From positions 571 through 64,570 of the forward strand of contig JALSSW010000070.1 in the NCBI GenBank assembly GCA_026984035.1: a DNA stretch of 64,000 nucleotides, read 5' to 3'. The stretch comes from Planctomycetota bacterium. Lineage in GTDB: Bacteria > Planctomycetota > UBA1135 > GCA-002748355. Both the position numbers and the translations under genes were made by a program. The notes under the pieces were generated by a model. The model saw only the letters and a list, made by a program, of their open reading frames with translations, had not been told where the DNA came from and ran no database searches. This document shows, piece by piece, positions 26,339-35,942 of the stretch. The number at the start of each line of letters is the position of its first letter. Position 1 is the first letter of the stretch.

Positions 26339-28422
26339 GCTGCGGCTCCTTCAAGTCCGATTTGTGAGATTACATCAATCTTCTTGAGGTGGGAGATTTC
26401 TTGGTAAGCGAGAACAGCACTCCCGGGCACGGCGCCGAGGATGGCGTCGGCGAGCAAGGGCCTTAGAGCTGCGCGAGTTACGAGCACAGGTGGGTGTCCC
26501 TTTTGCACCAGTTCGGCCAGGATCTCAGCGGTGGTTTCGACGAAACGCCCGAGGGTGCCCTGTTCGAGGGCTGGGCCACCTCCAGGTTGGTTGGAACCTG
26601 TGAGGGCTTGTGCGATAGAGCCTTCGAGGGCGGGGTCGATGGTGGCGACGTGGAGGATTCCGTCCTTGTCTACCAGGGGTTCGGTGATGGCACGGGCCAG
26701 GCGAAGGCGGATTTGTTCGGTGATCTGCCCCAAGTCCTTGGTCTCGCTATAAGCATCCGATGCAGCTTCGAGGATGAGGGCGAGGTTTCGGATGGGGACT
26801 TGTTCTTTGAGGAGATTGGATAGGATCCGTTGCACAAGGGAAACGCTTAAGATTGTTGGGACTGTGTCCTGAACAATGGTGGGGGCGGTCTTCTTGAGGT
26901 TGTCGAGGAGGGCTTGAACATCTTCCCGCGAGAGCACTTCGTGGGACACTGTCTTGAGAAGTTCCGTCAAGTGGGTGACGAGGACATTCGGGGCCTCTAT
27001 CACGGTGTAGCCCATGATCTCAGCTTGTTCCTTTTGTCCCTCTGTGATCCATTTTGCTGGAAGCCCAAAAGCCGGTTCGAGGGTTTCCGTGCCTTCGATG
27101 GTCGGGGCATTGCCCGTGGGATCGATGGCTAGATATTGCCCCGCACGAAGCTCACCTTTGCCTATTTCTTGTCCCATGAGAAGGATGCGATATTGATTGG
27201 GTTCAAGCTGGATGTTGTCCTTGACACGGATGGGAGGGATCACCATCCCGGATGTGGAAGCGAATTGTTTGCGCATTGACGCGATATGGTCGAGGAGTCC
27301 GCCATGTTTCCCGGGATCAACAATGGGAATGAGCCGATAGCCGATTTCGATCCCCAACCGATCCACCCGTAGGAGCTCCTCGAGTTCTTCTTCCTCGTTG
27401 CGTGGGCTATCCTCTTCTTCGTCTTCACCATCCGTTTCTGATTGCTCCTGATCCAGCTTCCTTTTTTTCCTGCGGGAAAAGATGATCAACCCTGTTCCCA
27501 AGATGGCGAAGGGAAAGAAGGGAAATCCCGGGACAAGGGCCACCGCCCAGAGAACGAGGCCTGCCAAGAGTAACGTGCGTTCTTCTCCTGCAATCTGGTC
27601 TGAGATTTCTTCTTGAAGGTCCACCTTGGATGCCGCTTTGGTTACTAGGATGCCGGCGGCGATGGAAACAATGAGTCCCGGAATCTGGGAAACGAGGCCA
27701 TCGCCTACAGTAAGGACGGTGTAGGTCTGCATGGCCTGCCCAACCGACATTCCCCGTTGAATGGAGCCAATGAGGATTCCCCCAAGGATGTTGATGGCCG
27801 TAATGATAAGGCCTGCTACGGCATCCCCGCGAACGAACTTCCCAGCGCCATCCATGGCCCCGTAAAATTCGCTCTCCCTTGCGATGTCTTCGCGGCGCTG
27901 CTTTGCTTCTTCGTTGCTAATGATCCCGGCATTGAGGTCAGCATCGATGGCCATCTGCTTTCCCGGCATCGCATCCAAAGTAAAGCGAGCAGCCACTTCC
28001 GCGATTCTATTTTGCCCCTTGGTGATCACCGCGAACTGGATCACGATCAAGATCAAGAAGACTACAGTACCTACGACATAGTTCCCTCCGACAACAAAGT
28101 CCCCAAAGGAACGGATGATCGCCCCTGCGTTCCCCTCAAGGAGGATCAACCTGGTGGAGGCCACGTTAAGGGATAGTCTGAAAAGGGCCGTGAAAAGAAT
28201 GACCGTTGGAAAGGTGCTGAAGTCCAGAGGGCGGTTGGCAGAAAGGGTTGAAAGCAGGATCAAGAGCGAGATGCTGACATTGACCGTGATCAAGAGGTCC
28301 ATCAAAAAGGTGGGCAAGGGGATCAGTAAAACCGCGAAAATCCCCAAGAAAGCAACGACCAAAAGGGTCCCTGCTCTTTTCTCAATGGGATGGGGTTTCA
28401 ATGTGTTGATTGCTGGGATCAT
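26335..28422 (-). CDS. flhA: Flagellar export gate protein FlhA
   Basis: 695 aa. FPTVILFTALFRLSLNVASTRLIL, FVVGGNYVVG and GAMDGAGKFVRGDA are canonical FlhA blocks. Confidence 0.96.
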   Translation of the reverse strand: MIPAINTLKPHPIEKRAGTLLVVAFLGIFAVLLIPLPTFLMDLLITVNVSISLLILLSTLSANRPLDFSTFPTVILFTALFRLSLNVASTRLILLEGNAGAIIRSFGDFVVGGNYVVGTVVFLILIVIQFAVITKGQNRIAEVAARFTLDAMPGKQMAIDADLNAGIISNEEAKQRREDIARESEFYGAMDGAGKFVRGDAVAGLIITAINILGGILIGSIQRGMSVGQAMQTYTVLTVGDGLVSQIPGLIVSIAAGILVTKAASKVDLQEEISDQIAGEERTLLLAGLVLWAVALVPGFPFFPFAILGTGLIIFSRRKKRKLDQEQSETDGEDEEEDSPRNEEEELEELLRVDRLGIEIGYRLIPIVDPGKHGGLLDHIASMRKQFASTSGMVIPPIRVKDNIQLEPNQYRILLMGQEIGKGELRAGQYLAIDPTGNAPTIEGTETLEPAFGLPAKWITEGQKEQAEIMGYTVIEAPNVLVTHLTELLKTVSHEVLSREDVQALLDNLKKTAPTIVQDTVPTILSVSLVQRILSNLLKEQVPIRNLALILEAASDAYSETKDLGQITEQIRLRLARAITEPLVDKDGILHVATIDPALEGSIAQALTGSNQPGGGPALEQGTLGRFVETTAEILAELVQKGHPPVLVTRAALRPLLADAILGAVPGSAVLAYQEISHLKKIDVISQIGLEGAAA

Positions 28423-29492
28423 GCTTCAACCCCCCCTGTTTGTTTCATGATGTGGGCCAGAACCGTGGCCACGGCTTGATAAAAGCGAGAAGGGATTTCT
28501 TCGCCGAGATCCACCCCACGAAAGAGCGCACGAGCCAGAGGTGGGTCTTCGTAGATAGGAACCTTGTTTTCCTTGGCGATTTCGCGGATTCGGAAAGCAG
28601 TGCGATCACTTCCTTTTGCAACAACGGTAGGAGCATTCATCTTGCTCCTTTCGTATTTAAGAGCTACGGCATAGTGTGTGGGATTTGTGATGACAACATC
28701 CGCCTTGGGCACTTCTTCCATCATTCTTCGCCGGGCGATTTCCCTTTGCGCCTTCTTGATTCGCGCTTTGACCTCCGGATCCCCTTCCGTGCTTTTTTGT
28801 TCATCTTTAATGTCCTGTTTACTCATCCGCATGTCTCTTCGGAACTGCCATTTTTGATAGAGGAGATCAAGGATGGAAAGGGCGCAAAGAGGCACGGCGA
28901 TCCACCAGAGGGTCTTGATGATGATTCCGGCAACGATCATGCTTGAACGTTGAAAGGGCATGTCCCCCAGGGAGAGGATGAGACCCCAATCCGATTTAAG
29001 TTTGAGATACAGAACCATCCCGATGAGGCCGAGTTTGAGGGCGCCTAAGATGGCTTTGACGAGAGCTTTGGGGGAGAAAAGCTTGGCGAGGCCTGCGATA
29101 GGGTTGAGCTTCTCGAATTTTGGTTTTAGGGGTTCGAAACTGATTTTCCAGCCGACCTGCAGGATGCCAACAAGGATGCCGATGCCGACCAATGTTCCCA
29201 TGAAGGGGAAGAGAGCGGGGGCGACTTCTCCGATGGTTTTATGGATGAGCTGAATTGCCCAGTCGCGGTTCCCTTGCTCTGGAGTGGGGATACTCAATCC
29301 TTCCTGGAGGATGCGTTTGAGGGCCTGTACGAGATTGGACCCGGTTACCTGGAAGACAATGACCGAGGCGAGTAGCGCAATAGCTGTGCTGAGTTCAGTG
29401 GACTTGGCGGTCTGCCCCTTGTTGCGGGCCTCAGAGAGGCGCTTAGGGGTTGCCTTTTCGGTTTTATCATCCTTGTCGTTGAAAAGACCCAT
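28419..29492 (-). CDS. flhB: Flagellar export switch protein FlhB
   Basis: KTEKATPKRLSEARNKGQTAKS at the N-terminus. The autocleavage site NPTHYAVAL is present. Confidence 0.95.
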   Translation of the reverse strand: MGLFNDKDDKTEKATPKRLSEARNKGQTAKSTELSTAIALLASVIVFQVTGSNLVQALKRILQEGLSIPTPEQGNRDWAIQLIHKTIGEVAPALFPFMGTLVGIGILVGILQVGWKISFEPLKPKFEKLNPIAGLAKLFSPKALVKAILGALKLGLIGMVLYLKLKSDWGLILSLGDMPFQRSSMIVAGIIIKTLWWIAVPLCALSILDLLYQKWQFRRDMRMSKQDIKDEQKSTEGDPEVKARIKKAQREIARRRMMEEVPKADVVITNPTHYAVALKYERSKMNAPTVVAKGSDRTAFRIREIAKENKVPIYEDPPLARALFRGVDLGEEIPSRFYQAVATVLAHIMKQTGGVEA

Positions 29493-29498
29493 GGCCGA

Positions 29499-30272
29499 TC
29501 AGTTCCTCCCCATTGCTTGGGTCATGTTTTCGATACCTGTGAAAATTTGATCGAAACCTTGAAAGAAAAGGGGGCCAAGCTGCGATGCGAAAAGGATGAG
29601 CGCAAAGATTGCAACCAGGATGCGAACCGCAAAAGCAAACTCCATCAGGTTGATTTGAGGGATGGCTTTGGCAAGGACAATCAAAGTGATCGTTGTGAGG
29701 ATGGTTGTAGCATAGATGGGGATGGCCAGTCGGATACCCAATCCCATCATTGTACTTGTAAGTTGAAGTAAGCCCTCTTTGAGTGCACCCAGGTTCCAAG
29801 GTTTCCCAATCGGGATCACATCGAAGCTATGGGATAGGAGTTCGAAGATCCGGTGGTGTGCATTGACCGCAAAGAAGTAAAGGAAGGCCAATGATTCAAA
29901 GAGTCTTCCTATTACCGGGGATTGCAAGCCGGTAGTGGGATCCATAACCTGCGCCATCGCGAAGCCCATTTCGTTTCCGATCAAAGTTCCAGAAATTCGA
30001 AAAGCTGCGAAGGCCAGTTGCACTGAAAACCCGAGAGCCAGCCCAAGGATGACTTCTCCCATTCCCGAGAAGATGAACTCGGAAGCATTGCTGTTCAGGG
30101 AGATGATTTGAGGGTCTCTCGCAAAGATCATTGCGCTTAGGGCCACAGTCAGGATGAGCTTGGGCCAGCGGGATTCTCCCTTAGAACCGAGGAACAAAAG
30201 GGCCACGATCATTGAGGCGATCCTAAGGAGGATCAGCAAGAAGGCGGGCATGTAGAGCAAGACGAGTTGCAT
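29499..30272 (-). CDS. fliR: Flagellar export apparatus protein FliR
   Basis: 257-aa polytopic membrane protein positioned between fliQ and flhB. Confidence 0.88.
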   Translation of the reverse strand: MQLVLLYMPAFLLILLRIASMIVALLFLGSKGESRWPKLILTVALSAMIFARDPQIISLNSNASEFIFSGMGEVILGLALGFSVQLAFAAFRISGTLIGNEMGFAMAQVMDPTTGLQSPVIGRLFESLAFLYFFAVNAHHRIFELLSHSFDVIPIGKPWNLGALKEGLLQLTSTMMGLGIRLAIPIYATTILTTITLIVLAKAIPQINLMEFAFAVRILVAIFALILFASQLGPLFFQGFDQIFTGIENMTQAMGRN

Positions 30273-30289
30273 GTGAAGAGACTATGCCT

Positions 30290-30568
30290 TCAGCCGGGAA
30301 ATCCGACGAAGTTGGAGAGGTTGGTGAAGAGGGAGGTCGAGAAATCAAGAAGGATGGTCAAGATCCAGGGGAGAAGAAGTAATAGCATTCCCGCCACTGC
30401 AAGCATCTTGGGGACCAATGTGAGGGTCTGTTCCTGAATACTCGTAACGGCCTGGAAGAGGCTGATAAAGAGACCGACCGCCATGCCAACCAGAAGGGCG
30501 GGGGCAACGATTTTGATTGCCAGGATCAGGGTCTCGCGAGCGAGGTCTGTAAAGAGCGCAATATCCAT
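30290..30568 (-). CDS. fliQ: Flagellar export apparatus protein FliQ
   Basis: 92 aa. LVGMAVGLFISLFQAVTSIQEQTLTLVPKMLAV is the FliQ signature. Confidence 0.92.
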   Translation of the reverse strand: MDIALFTDLARETLILAIKIVAPALLVGMAVGLFISLFQAVTSIQEQTLTLVPKMLAVAGMLLLLLPWILTILLDFSTSLFTNLSNFVGFPG

Positions 30569-30581
30569 GGAGTATCTTCCC

Positions 30582-31439
30582 TTAGAGATAGAAACTTTGA
30601 ATCGATGAACCGATGACTAGGTTCCAGCCATCAACAAGGATGAAGAGAAGGACCTTGAATGGGGTGGATATCACCACCGGAGGGAGGGTGAACATTCCCA
30701 TCGAGATCAAAACGCTGGAAATAACGATGTCGATCACTAAGAAGGGTAAGAAGAGAATGAATCCCATCATGAATGCGGTCTTGAGTTCGGAGAGAACAAA
30801 GGCCGGGACAAGAAGATGGAAGGGCACCTCTTCCGGGGTGGCAGGAGGACTCTTTTTTGCAACTCGGTACATCAGAGCTAGGTCCGCCTCGCGTGTCTGC
30901 TTCATCAAGAAGGTGCTCATGATTTTTTCGGCACGATGCCCGGCTTCCACAATTCCGATCTGGTCAGCGTTATAGGGGGCGAGGGCCTTGTTATTCAGCT
31001 CGGAAAAAACAGGCTTCATAATGAAGAGGGTGAGAAAGAAGGACAGCCCTGTCACAACGATGCTGGGCGGCATCTCTTGGATGGACATGGCCCTCTTCAT
31101 AAAGGAGAGGACAATGATAATCCTGGTGAACGAGGTCATGCTCAGGATGATGGCCGGGGCCAGCGTTAAAAAGGTAAGAAAGAGGACGATCTCAACCGCC
31201 GAACTAAGCTTGGTGGGGCCTGCGCCTGTTCCAAGGTCGACCGACAGTGAGGGGCCACCTGTTTTTCCTGGGGCAGGATTGGGACCGAAGGGGGTGACCA
31301 CCGGACTTTGGATCTTAATTCCTTGAACCGAGGGTTTTGGGACGGGTCCGACGCTTTGGGCGGGGAGAGATCCAAGCCCCATGAGAGAGGCCAGAAGAAC
31401 CCCGAGAGTCAGGATGAAGAAACGAAGGGCTTTGTTCAT
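30582..31439 (-). CDS. fliP: Flagellar export apparatus protein FliP
   Basis: TSFTRIIIVLSFMKRAMSIQEMPP and VPFHLLVPAFVLSELKTAFMMGF are present. It has a signal-like N-terminal extension. Confidence 0.94.
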   Translation of the reverse strand: MNKALRFFILTLGVLLASLMGLGSLPAQSVGPVPKPSVQGIKIQSPVVTPFGPNPAPGKTGGPSLSVDLGTGAGPTKLSSAVEIVLFLTFLTLAPAIILSMTSFTRIIIVLSFMKRAMSIQEMPPSIVVTGLSFFLTLFIMKPVFSELNNKALAPYNADQIGIVEAGHRAEKIMSTFLMKQTREADLALMYRVAKKSPPATPEEVPFHLLVPAFVLSELKTAFMMGFILFLPFLVIDIVISSVLISMGMFTLPPVVISTPFKVLLFILVDGWNLVIGSSIQSFYL

Positions 31440-32053
31440 TTCTCGGCAGCCAACTTGGTCATGAGTTCCCGGAAATTGGAAAGCTTCGCCGAAGCCTTGA
31501 TCGCTGCCTGCCTTGCTTTTTCATTCCGTGGAAGCAATAGATCCCGTGGAGTTGCTCCCTCCTCTTCTGGTGCGGGCTGTGAGGAGGTTTGTGGTGGAGC
31601 TTCCATCTGGGGGACCAGAACGGGAGTAGGCTGAGTCGCGGGCTCTTCCCTGGGGGTCAGGTCCGATAGGAGCTGAATACCGATTTCGGATTCGCTGATT
31701 AAAAGGAGCCGATCCATTGCCCGGACAAGATGAATGGTCCGCTTTGGAGATAGGCGCCGCGATTCTTTGACGATGACCTCTCGTTCGGGGCTGCTGGCTC
31801 CTCCCTGTTGCATTTTGCGGAGGATCACAATGGTCCCCACTCCCAACAGAAGGACGATCCCCAGCGAAGTTGTCAAGGTGAGGAAAGAAGGCCCCTGGAT
31901 CCCAGCCTCCGTCCCTCCCCGTTTCCAAGTCGAGATTGAAGGCCCCGCAGGCCCCCGGTTCGCAGGTTGGGCCTTCGAAGGGATGAGGACAGGCAGCAAT
32001 ACCAGGACGGCCGCGAGGATCGGCAAAACAAAAATCCATTTGATTCGATTCAT
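31436..32053 (-). CDS. fliO: FliO-like flagellar export protein with a Pro/Glu-rich C-terminal tail
   Basis: Single TM (LGIVLLLGVGTIVILRKM) followed by IVKESRRLSPKRTIHLVRAMDRLLLISESEIGIQLL. There is a 4-nt overlap with the fliP start. The start is uncertain: ATGs at 32059 and 32053 sit after GGAG, and the ORF track start is 32179. Confidence 0.65.
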   Translation of the reverse strand: MNRIKWIFVLPILAAVLVLLPVLIPSKAQPANRGPAGPSISTWKRGGTEAGIQGPSFLTLTTSLGIVLLLGVGTIVILRKMQQGGASSPEREVIVKESRRLSPKRTIHLVRAMDRLLLISESEIGIQLLSDLTPREEPATQPTPVLVPQMEAPPQTSSQPAPEEEGATPRDLLLPRNEKARQAAIKASAKLSNFRELMTKLAAEK

Positions 32054-32074
32054 GATCATTCTCCGCCACCGCAA

Positions 32075-32090
32075 GGCATATCCCGTGCCA
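32075..32090 (-). promoter_or_regulatory. Candidate sigma-54 (-24/-12) promoter in front of fliO
   Basis: The minus strand reads TGGCACGGGATATGCC, i.e. TGGCAC-N5-ATGC with the GG-N10-GC spacing of RpoN promoters. It would leave only about a 10-nt leader before the fliO ATG, which weakens the call. Confidence 0.25.
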
Positions 32091-32408
32091 AGCCCAAAAA
32101 CCCAAGATGTAGTGGTGTGCCTCCTGGAAGCCCCGATGAACTGTTGGATGTCCCAACAATCTGATGTGGAAAAAGACAACAGCTCCCTGGACCCCGAGGC
32201 ACCGATTCACTCGGGCCAACTGCCTTCAAACAAAGGGTGTCCCCCTTTGACCCTTCCCTTTTGATCTTTGGTTGTCAGGTCTCATGGCGGCCTATGGCGA
32301 GGAAAAAAGGCTGTCCCTCAAGAATGGCTAGGGGGTGGAGGGGTGGTCGTGCATAATCCCTCGGTCATGTTTTGGACCCAAGGTCCAGGTTTTTGTGGAG
32401 ATGGTTGG

Positions 32409-35045
32409 ATGAAGCGTCCAGTTCAAGATATTGCAGTGACTTATAGGAAGGACTACCAAGCCCCGAATTTTCAGATCGATCGGATTCACTTGGATTTCGA
32501 TCTTTTTGAAAAGAACAGCCGTGTGCGGGCGCGGATGGAACTCCGGCGGGTGGGCGAGGGCGCTCTCCGGCTGGTCGGAACAGATCTCAAGCTTCTCTCT
32601 CTGGCGGTTGATGGAGAGGAGTGGGGAAGGGATCGCTTCCATCTAGGTAAAGAAGAGCTGGTCTTGGAGTCTGTTCCCGATTCCTTTGTGTTGGAGACGG
32701 AGGTTGAGATACAGCCCCAAGAGAATCTCACTCTTTCGGGGCTGTATAAATCGAGCGGGAATTTCTGCACCCAATGTGAGGCCGAAGGATTCCGAAGGAT
32801 TACCTATCATCCTGATCGGCCGGACGTGTTGTCCAGGTTCACCACCACCATTCGTGCGGATCAAGCGAAGTATCCCATTCTTCTCTCCAACGGAAACCCC
32901 ATTGAGAAAGGGGAGCTGGAGGGGGGGCGACACTTTGTGACCTGGGAGGACCCCTTCCCCAAGCCCTCCTATCTCTTTGCTCTCGTGGCTGGAGATTTAA
33001 AATGCCATGAGGGAGTCTTCTCCACCATGAGCGGCCGTGAGGTCAAGCTTCAGATCTGGGTGGAGCCGCAGAATATTGATCGTTGTGCCCACGCCCTCGA
33101 ATCCCTCAAGAAAGCTATGAAATGGGATGAGGAGACCTTCGGGAGGGAATATGACCTAGACATCTACATGATCGTGGCTGTCAATGACTTCAACATGGGC
33201 GCAATGGAAAATAAGGGCTTGAATATCTTCAACTCCAAATATGTGCTCGCCAACCCCGAAACGGCCACAGACGATGATTATGAAAACATTGAAGGGATCA
33301 TCGCTCATGAATACTTCCACAACTGGACAGGAAATCGGGTTACCTGTCGGGATTGGTTTCAACTCACCCTTAAAGAGGGCTTGACCGTTTACCGGGATCA
33401 GGAGTTCTCTTCTGATATGACTTCGCGGCCTGTGAAGAGGATTGACGATGTGCGGGTTCTGCGGACCGCCCAGTTTCCCGAGGATGCCGGACCCATGGCC
33501 CATCCGATTCGGCCCGAATCCTACGCGAGCATCGATAACTTCTATACTTCGACCGTCTACAACAAGGGCGCTGAGGTCATTCGGATTTACGAAACCTACT
33601 TGGGGAAGGAGGGTTTTCGAAAGGGGATGGATCTCTATTTTGAGAGACATGACGGGCAAGCCGTGACCTGCGATGATTTCCGTGCGGCCATGGCGGATGC
33701 CAATGGAGTCGATCTTTCGATGCTTTCTCGTTGGTATGAGCAGGCAGGAACCCCTGTGGTCAAGGCCCAAGGAGCCTACGATCCTGGGGAAGGAACCTAC
33801 ACACTGACTCTATCTCAGTCCTGTCCTCCCACCCCAGGGCAGGAGGACAAGAAGCCCTTCCCCATCCCCATTCGGATGGGTTTATTGGGCAAAGAGGGTC
33901 GCGCCCTTGCTCTGCGCCTCAAGGGTGAAGAGGGAGATGTCCCCACGGAGCGGGTGTTGGATTTGCGGGAAAAGGAGCAAGAATTTGTTTTCGTCGGGAT
34001 TGAAGAGGAGCCGATCCCTTCTCTCTTGCGGGGTTTTTCGGCCCCGGTAACTCTTGAGATTGAGCGAAGCCGGGCGGACGCAGCCTTTCTGATGGGACAC
34101 GATCCAGATTCCTTTAACCGTTGGGATGCGGGGCAGCAACTAGCCAAGGAGTTGATCCTGGAAATGGTGAAAAAACCAAGGGAGGAGTGGAGTTTGGATC
34201 CAGACTTTGCAGGGGCCTGGGGGAAGATCTTGGAAGATGGATCTCTGGACGGTTCATTTCGGGCTTTTGCCCTTGGGATCCCATCACTTCGGGTCCTTGG
34301 GCAAGCAATGGAGATTGTTGATATTGACGGGCTTCACGGAGCCAGGACCTTTGTGCGTAAGGAACTTGCAAATAGCTTTGAAGCCGAACTCTTCCAGGTT
34401 TATGGCTTGAATGCCCCCAAGGGCCCCTACACAAATGACCGTCCCTCCATTAACGCCCGTCGCATGGCTAATGCTTGCCTCGCATATATGATGGAGGTGA
34501 AGGGAGATCAGGAGGAATTTCGAACCTTGTTGTTCCGGCGTTTTAAGGAAGCTGACAACATGACCGATGCGATCTCCTCCTTGGCCCTCCTGACCAAGAT
34601 CGGTGGTAAAGAAAGGGATGAAGCGCTCCAAACCTTTTACGAAAGGTGGAAGGGCGATCCCAATGTTCTGGACAAATGGTTCCAAGTCCAGGCGATTGCG
34701 GATGTGGAAGACAGTGTGGAGCGGGTGCAGTCCTTGATCCAACATCCCGACTTCCATTTTACAAACCCCAACCGAGTACGCTCAGTTGTGGGGGCCTTCG
34801 CCGCCGGAAATCTCCCCCACTTTCACCGCAGAGATGGCGCGGGATATAAGCTGCTTGCCGATGTGATCCTAGAAGTCGATCCCAACAATCCCCAACTTGG
34901 AGCCGGGCTCTCCAAAATTTTCAATTCCTGGAAGCGTTATGACAGCGAGCGCCAAGCTCTCATGAAGGCCCAACTGGAAAGAATCGCGGCAAGCAAGCCA
35001 AGTAAGAACACAGCCGAAGTTGTTGGGCGCGCCCTGAACGCTTAA
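32409..35045 (+). CDS. pepN: Aminopeptidase N (M1 family)
   Basis: GAMEN exopeptidase motif and HEYFHNWTGNRVT-x-WFQLTLKEG zinc site. Trimmed to ATG 32409 (MKRPVQDIAVTYRKDY), giving 878 aa, similar to E. coli PepN. Confidence 0.95.
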   Translation: MKRPVQDIAVTYRKDYQAPNFQIDRIHLDFDLFEKNSRVRARMELRRVGEGALRLVGTDLKLLSLAVDGEEWGRDRFHLGKEELVLESVPDSFVLETEVEIQPQENLTLSGLYKSSGNFCTQCEAEGFRRITYHPDRPDVLSRFTTTIRADQAKYPILLSNGNPIEKGELEGGRHFVTWEDPFPKPSYLFALVAGDLKCHEGVFSTMSGREVKLQIWVEPQNIDRCAHALESLKKAMKWDEETFGREYDLDIYMIVAVNDFNMGAMENKGLNIFNSKYVLANPETATDDDYENIEGIIAHEYFHNWTGNRVTCRDWFQLTLKEGLTVYRDQEFSSDMTSRPVKRIDDVRVLRTAQFPEDAGPMAHPIRPESYASIDNFYTSTVYNKGAEVIRIYETYLGKEGFRKGMDLYFERHDGQAVTCDDFRAAMADANGVDLSMLSRWYEQAGTPVVKAQGAYDPGEGTYTLTLSQSCPPTPGQEDKKPFPIPIRMGLLGKEGRALALRLKGEEGDVPTERVLDLREKEQEFVFVGIEEEPIPSLLRGFSAPVTLEIERSRADAAFLMGHDPDSFNRWDAGQQLAKELILEMVKKPREEWSLDPDFAGAWGKILEDGSLDGSFRAFALGIPSLRVLGQAMEIVDIDGLHGARTFVRKELANSFEAELFQVYGLNAPKGPYTNDRPSINARRMANACLAYMMEVKGDQEEFRTLLFRRFKEADNMTDAISSLALLTKIGGKERDEALQTFYERWKGDPNVLDKWFQVQAIADVEDSVERVQSLIQHPDFHFTNPNRVRSVVGAFAAGNLPHFHRRDGAGYKLLADVILEVDPNNPQLGAGLSKIFNSWKRYDSERQALMKAQLERIAASKPSKNTAEVVGRALNA

Positions 35046-35077
35046 ACAATCCCCTTTGCCTAAGGGTTTCACTTAGG

Positions 35078-35124
35078 CTCCAGGGTCATTGGGACTTTCT
35101 GTCCCTAGGACCCTGGAGATTTTG
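35078..35124 (+). terminator. Compound hairpin after pepN (probable terminator)
   Basis: CTCCAGGGTC (35078-35087) pairs with GACCCTGGAG (35109-35118). The loop holds an inner GGGAC-TTTCT-GTCCC hairpin, and the structure is followed by ATTTTG. Confidence 0.5.
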
Positions 35125-35502
35125 ATGGCCGGAATTTTCTCAATGCCAAAGGAAAAGGAAGTTCGTTCGCAAAGTCGCAAAGCCTGCTTTGAACCATCTC
35201 TGCACCTGTTTTTTATTAAAAGAAAGGATCTTTTCGTCTTTTGCTTTTCCCCATGAAGCAAGCTGAAAAGGGCTTTTCCCTTGGATAAAAGCCCCTACGA
35301 ATCCCCTTCCTTGGTGAGGAAAAGCGATTGTTTTCATGGAATCTTCCCTCAGACTGGGATCACCCGGGGGGAGATGCTTCCCATGTGTCCACATTTTTTT
35401 TTAGTCCTTGATCTTTAGGAGACAATTAGATAAAAACAATAACAACAATTAGCAGATCCCGATCCGACTTTAAACGCAAGAGAGTTTGGAAGCTTTGATG
35501 TA

Positions 35503-35534
35503 CCCATTCCCCATTCCCCATTCCCCATTCCCCA
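35503..35534. repeat. Heptanucleotide tandem repeat (CCCATTC) x4.6
   Basis: Four perfect units at 35503-09, 35510-16, 35517-23 and 35524-30, plus a partial CCCAC. Read directly from the sequence. It lies in the roughly 900-bp non-coding gap after pepN. Confidence 0.9.
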
Positions 35535-35942
35535 CTAGCAAGGCTGTCGATCCTTGTGTCGACAGTTCGGGTGAGTCCCGAACAAGAAACATATTGTTGT
35601 TCTCACCGAAAGGTGTTTCTGAGCCGTCTTTTCGTTTTTCTATTTCAGGAAAGCTCCTTCCTGTTTGGATGAAAGAAGAGAGTTGTTGGATCCTTTCTAT
35701 CAAAGGGATTGCTAATGCGCGAAGGATCACGAGAAGGTCCAGTTCCCCTCGGCTCTCTAATGGAGCAAGAGGCTGGAATCCTTTCACTAGAGCTGGGTGC
35801 AATCTTTTCTAAGATTAGTTTCCCTTGGGAGAGTTTGAAATGTTGAAAAAGAATGATGGCGATGAAGAAGGAAGTTTGAAGGTAAAGAGTTGGATTAGAG
35901 GAATAAAATCTTAAAAAAATAGGAAAGAATGAGGAGAGGGAT

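Noticed and set aside
31521-32219. 232-aa minus-strand ORF in an alternative frame over fliO
   Set aside because: The fliO frame carries the TM segment and the conserved FliO block, and it couples to fliP by a 4-nt overlap. The alternative frame is Gly/Arg/Pro-rich with no features.
32268-32408. N-terminal extensions of ORF-track models (pepN from 32268, hydrolase from 55921, giant ORF to 62138, secreted protein to 1949, sixA to 2569, flhG to 25409)
   Set aside because: The extensions lack family similarity. Internal ATGs coincide with signal peptides, conserved N-termini or ATGA coupling, so the models were trimmed.
35140-35394. 84-aa minus-strand ORF after pepN; also the 35470..35802 (-) and 35486..35812 (+) ORFs
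   Set aside because: There is no recognisable family and no convincing ribosome-binding site. The last two are mutually antisense across the repeat and hairpin region. I treat them as non-coding unless expression data say otherwise.
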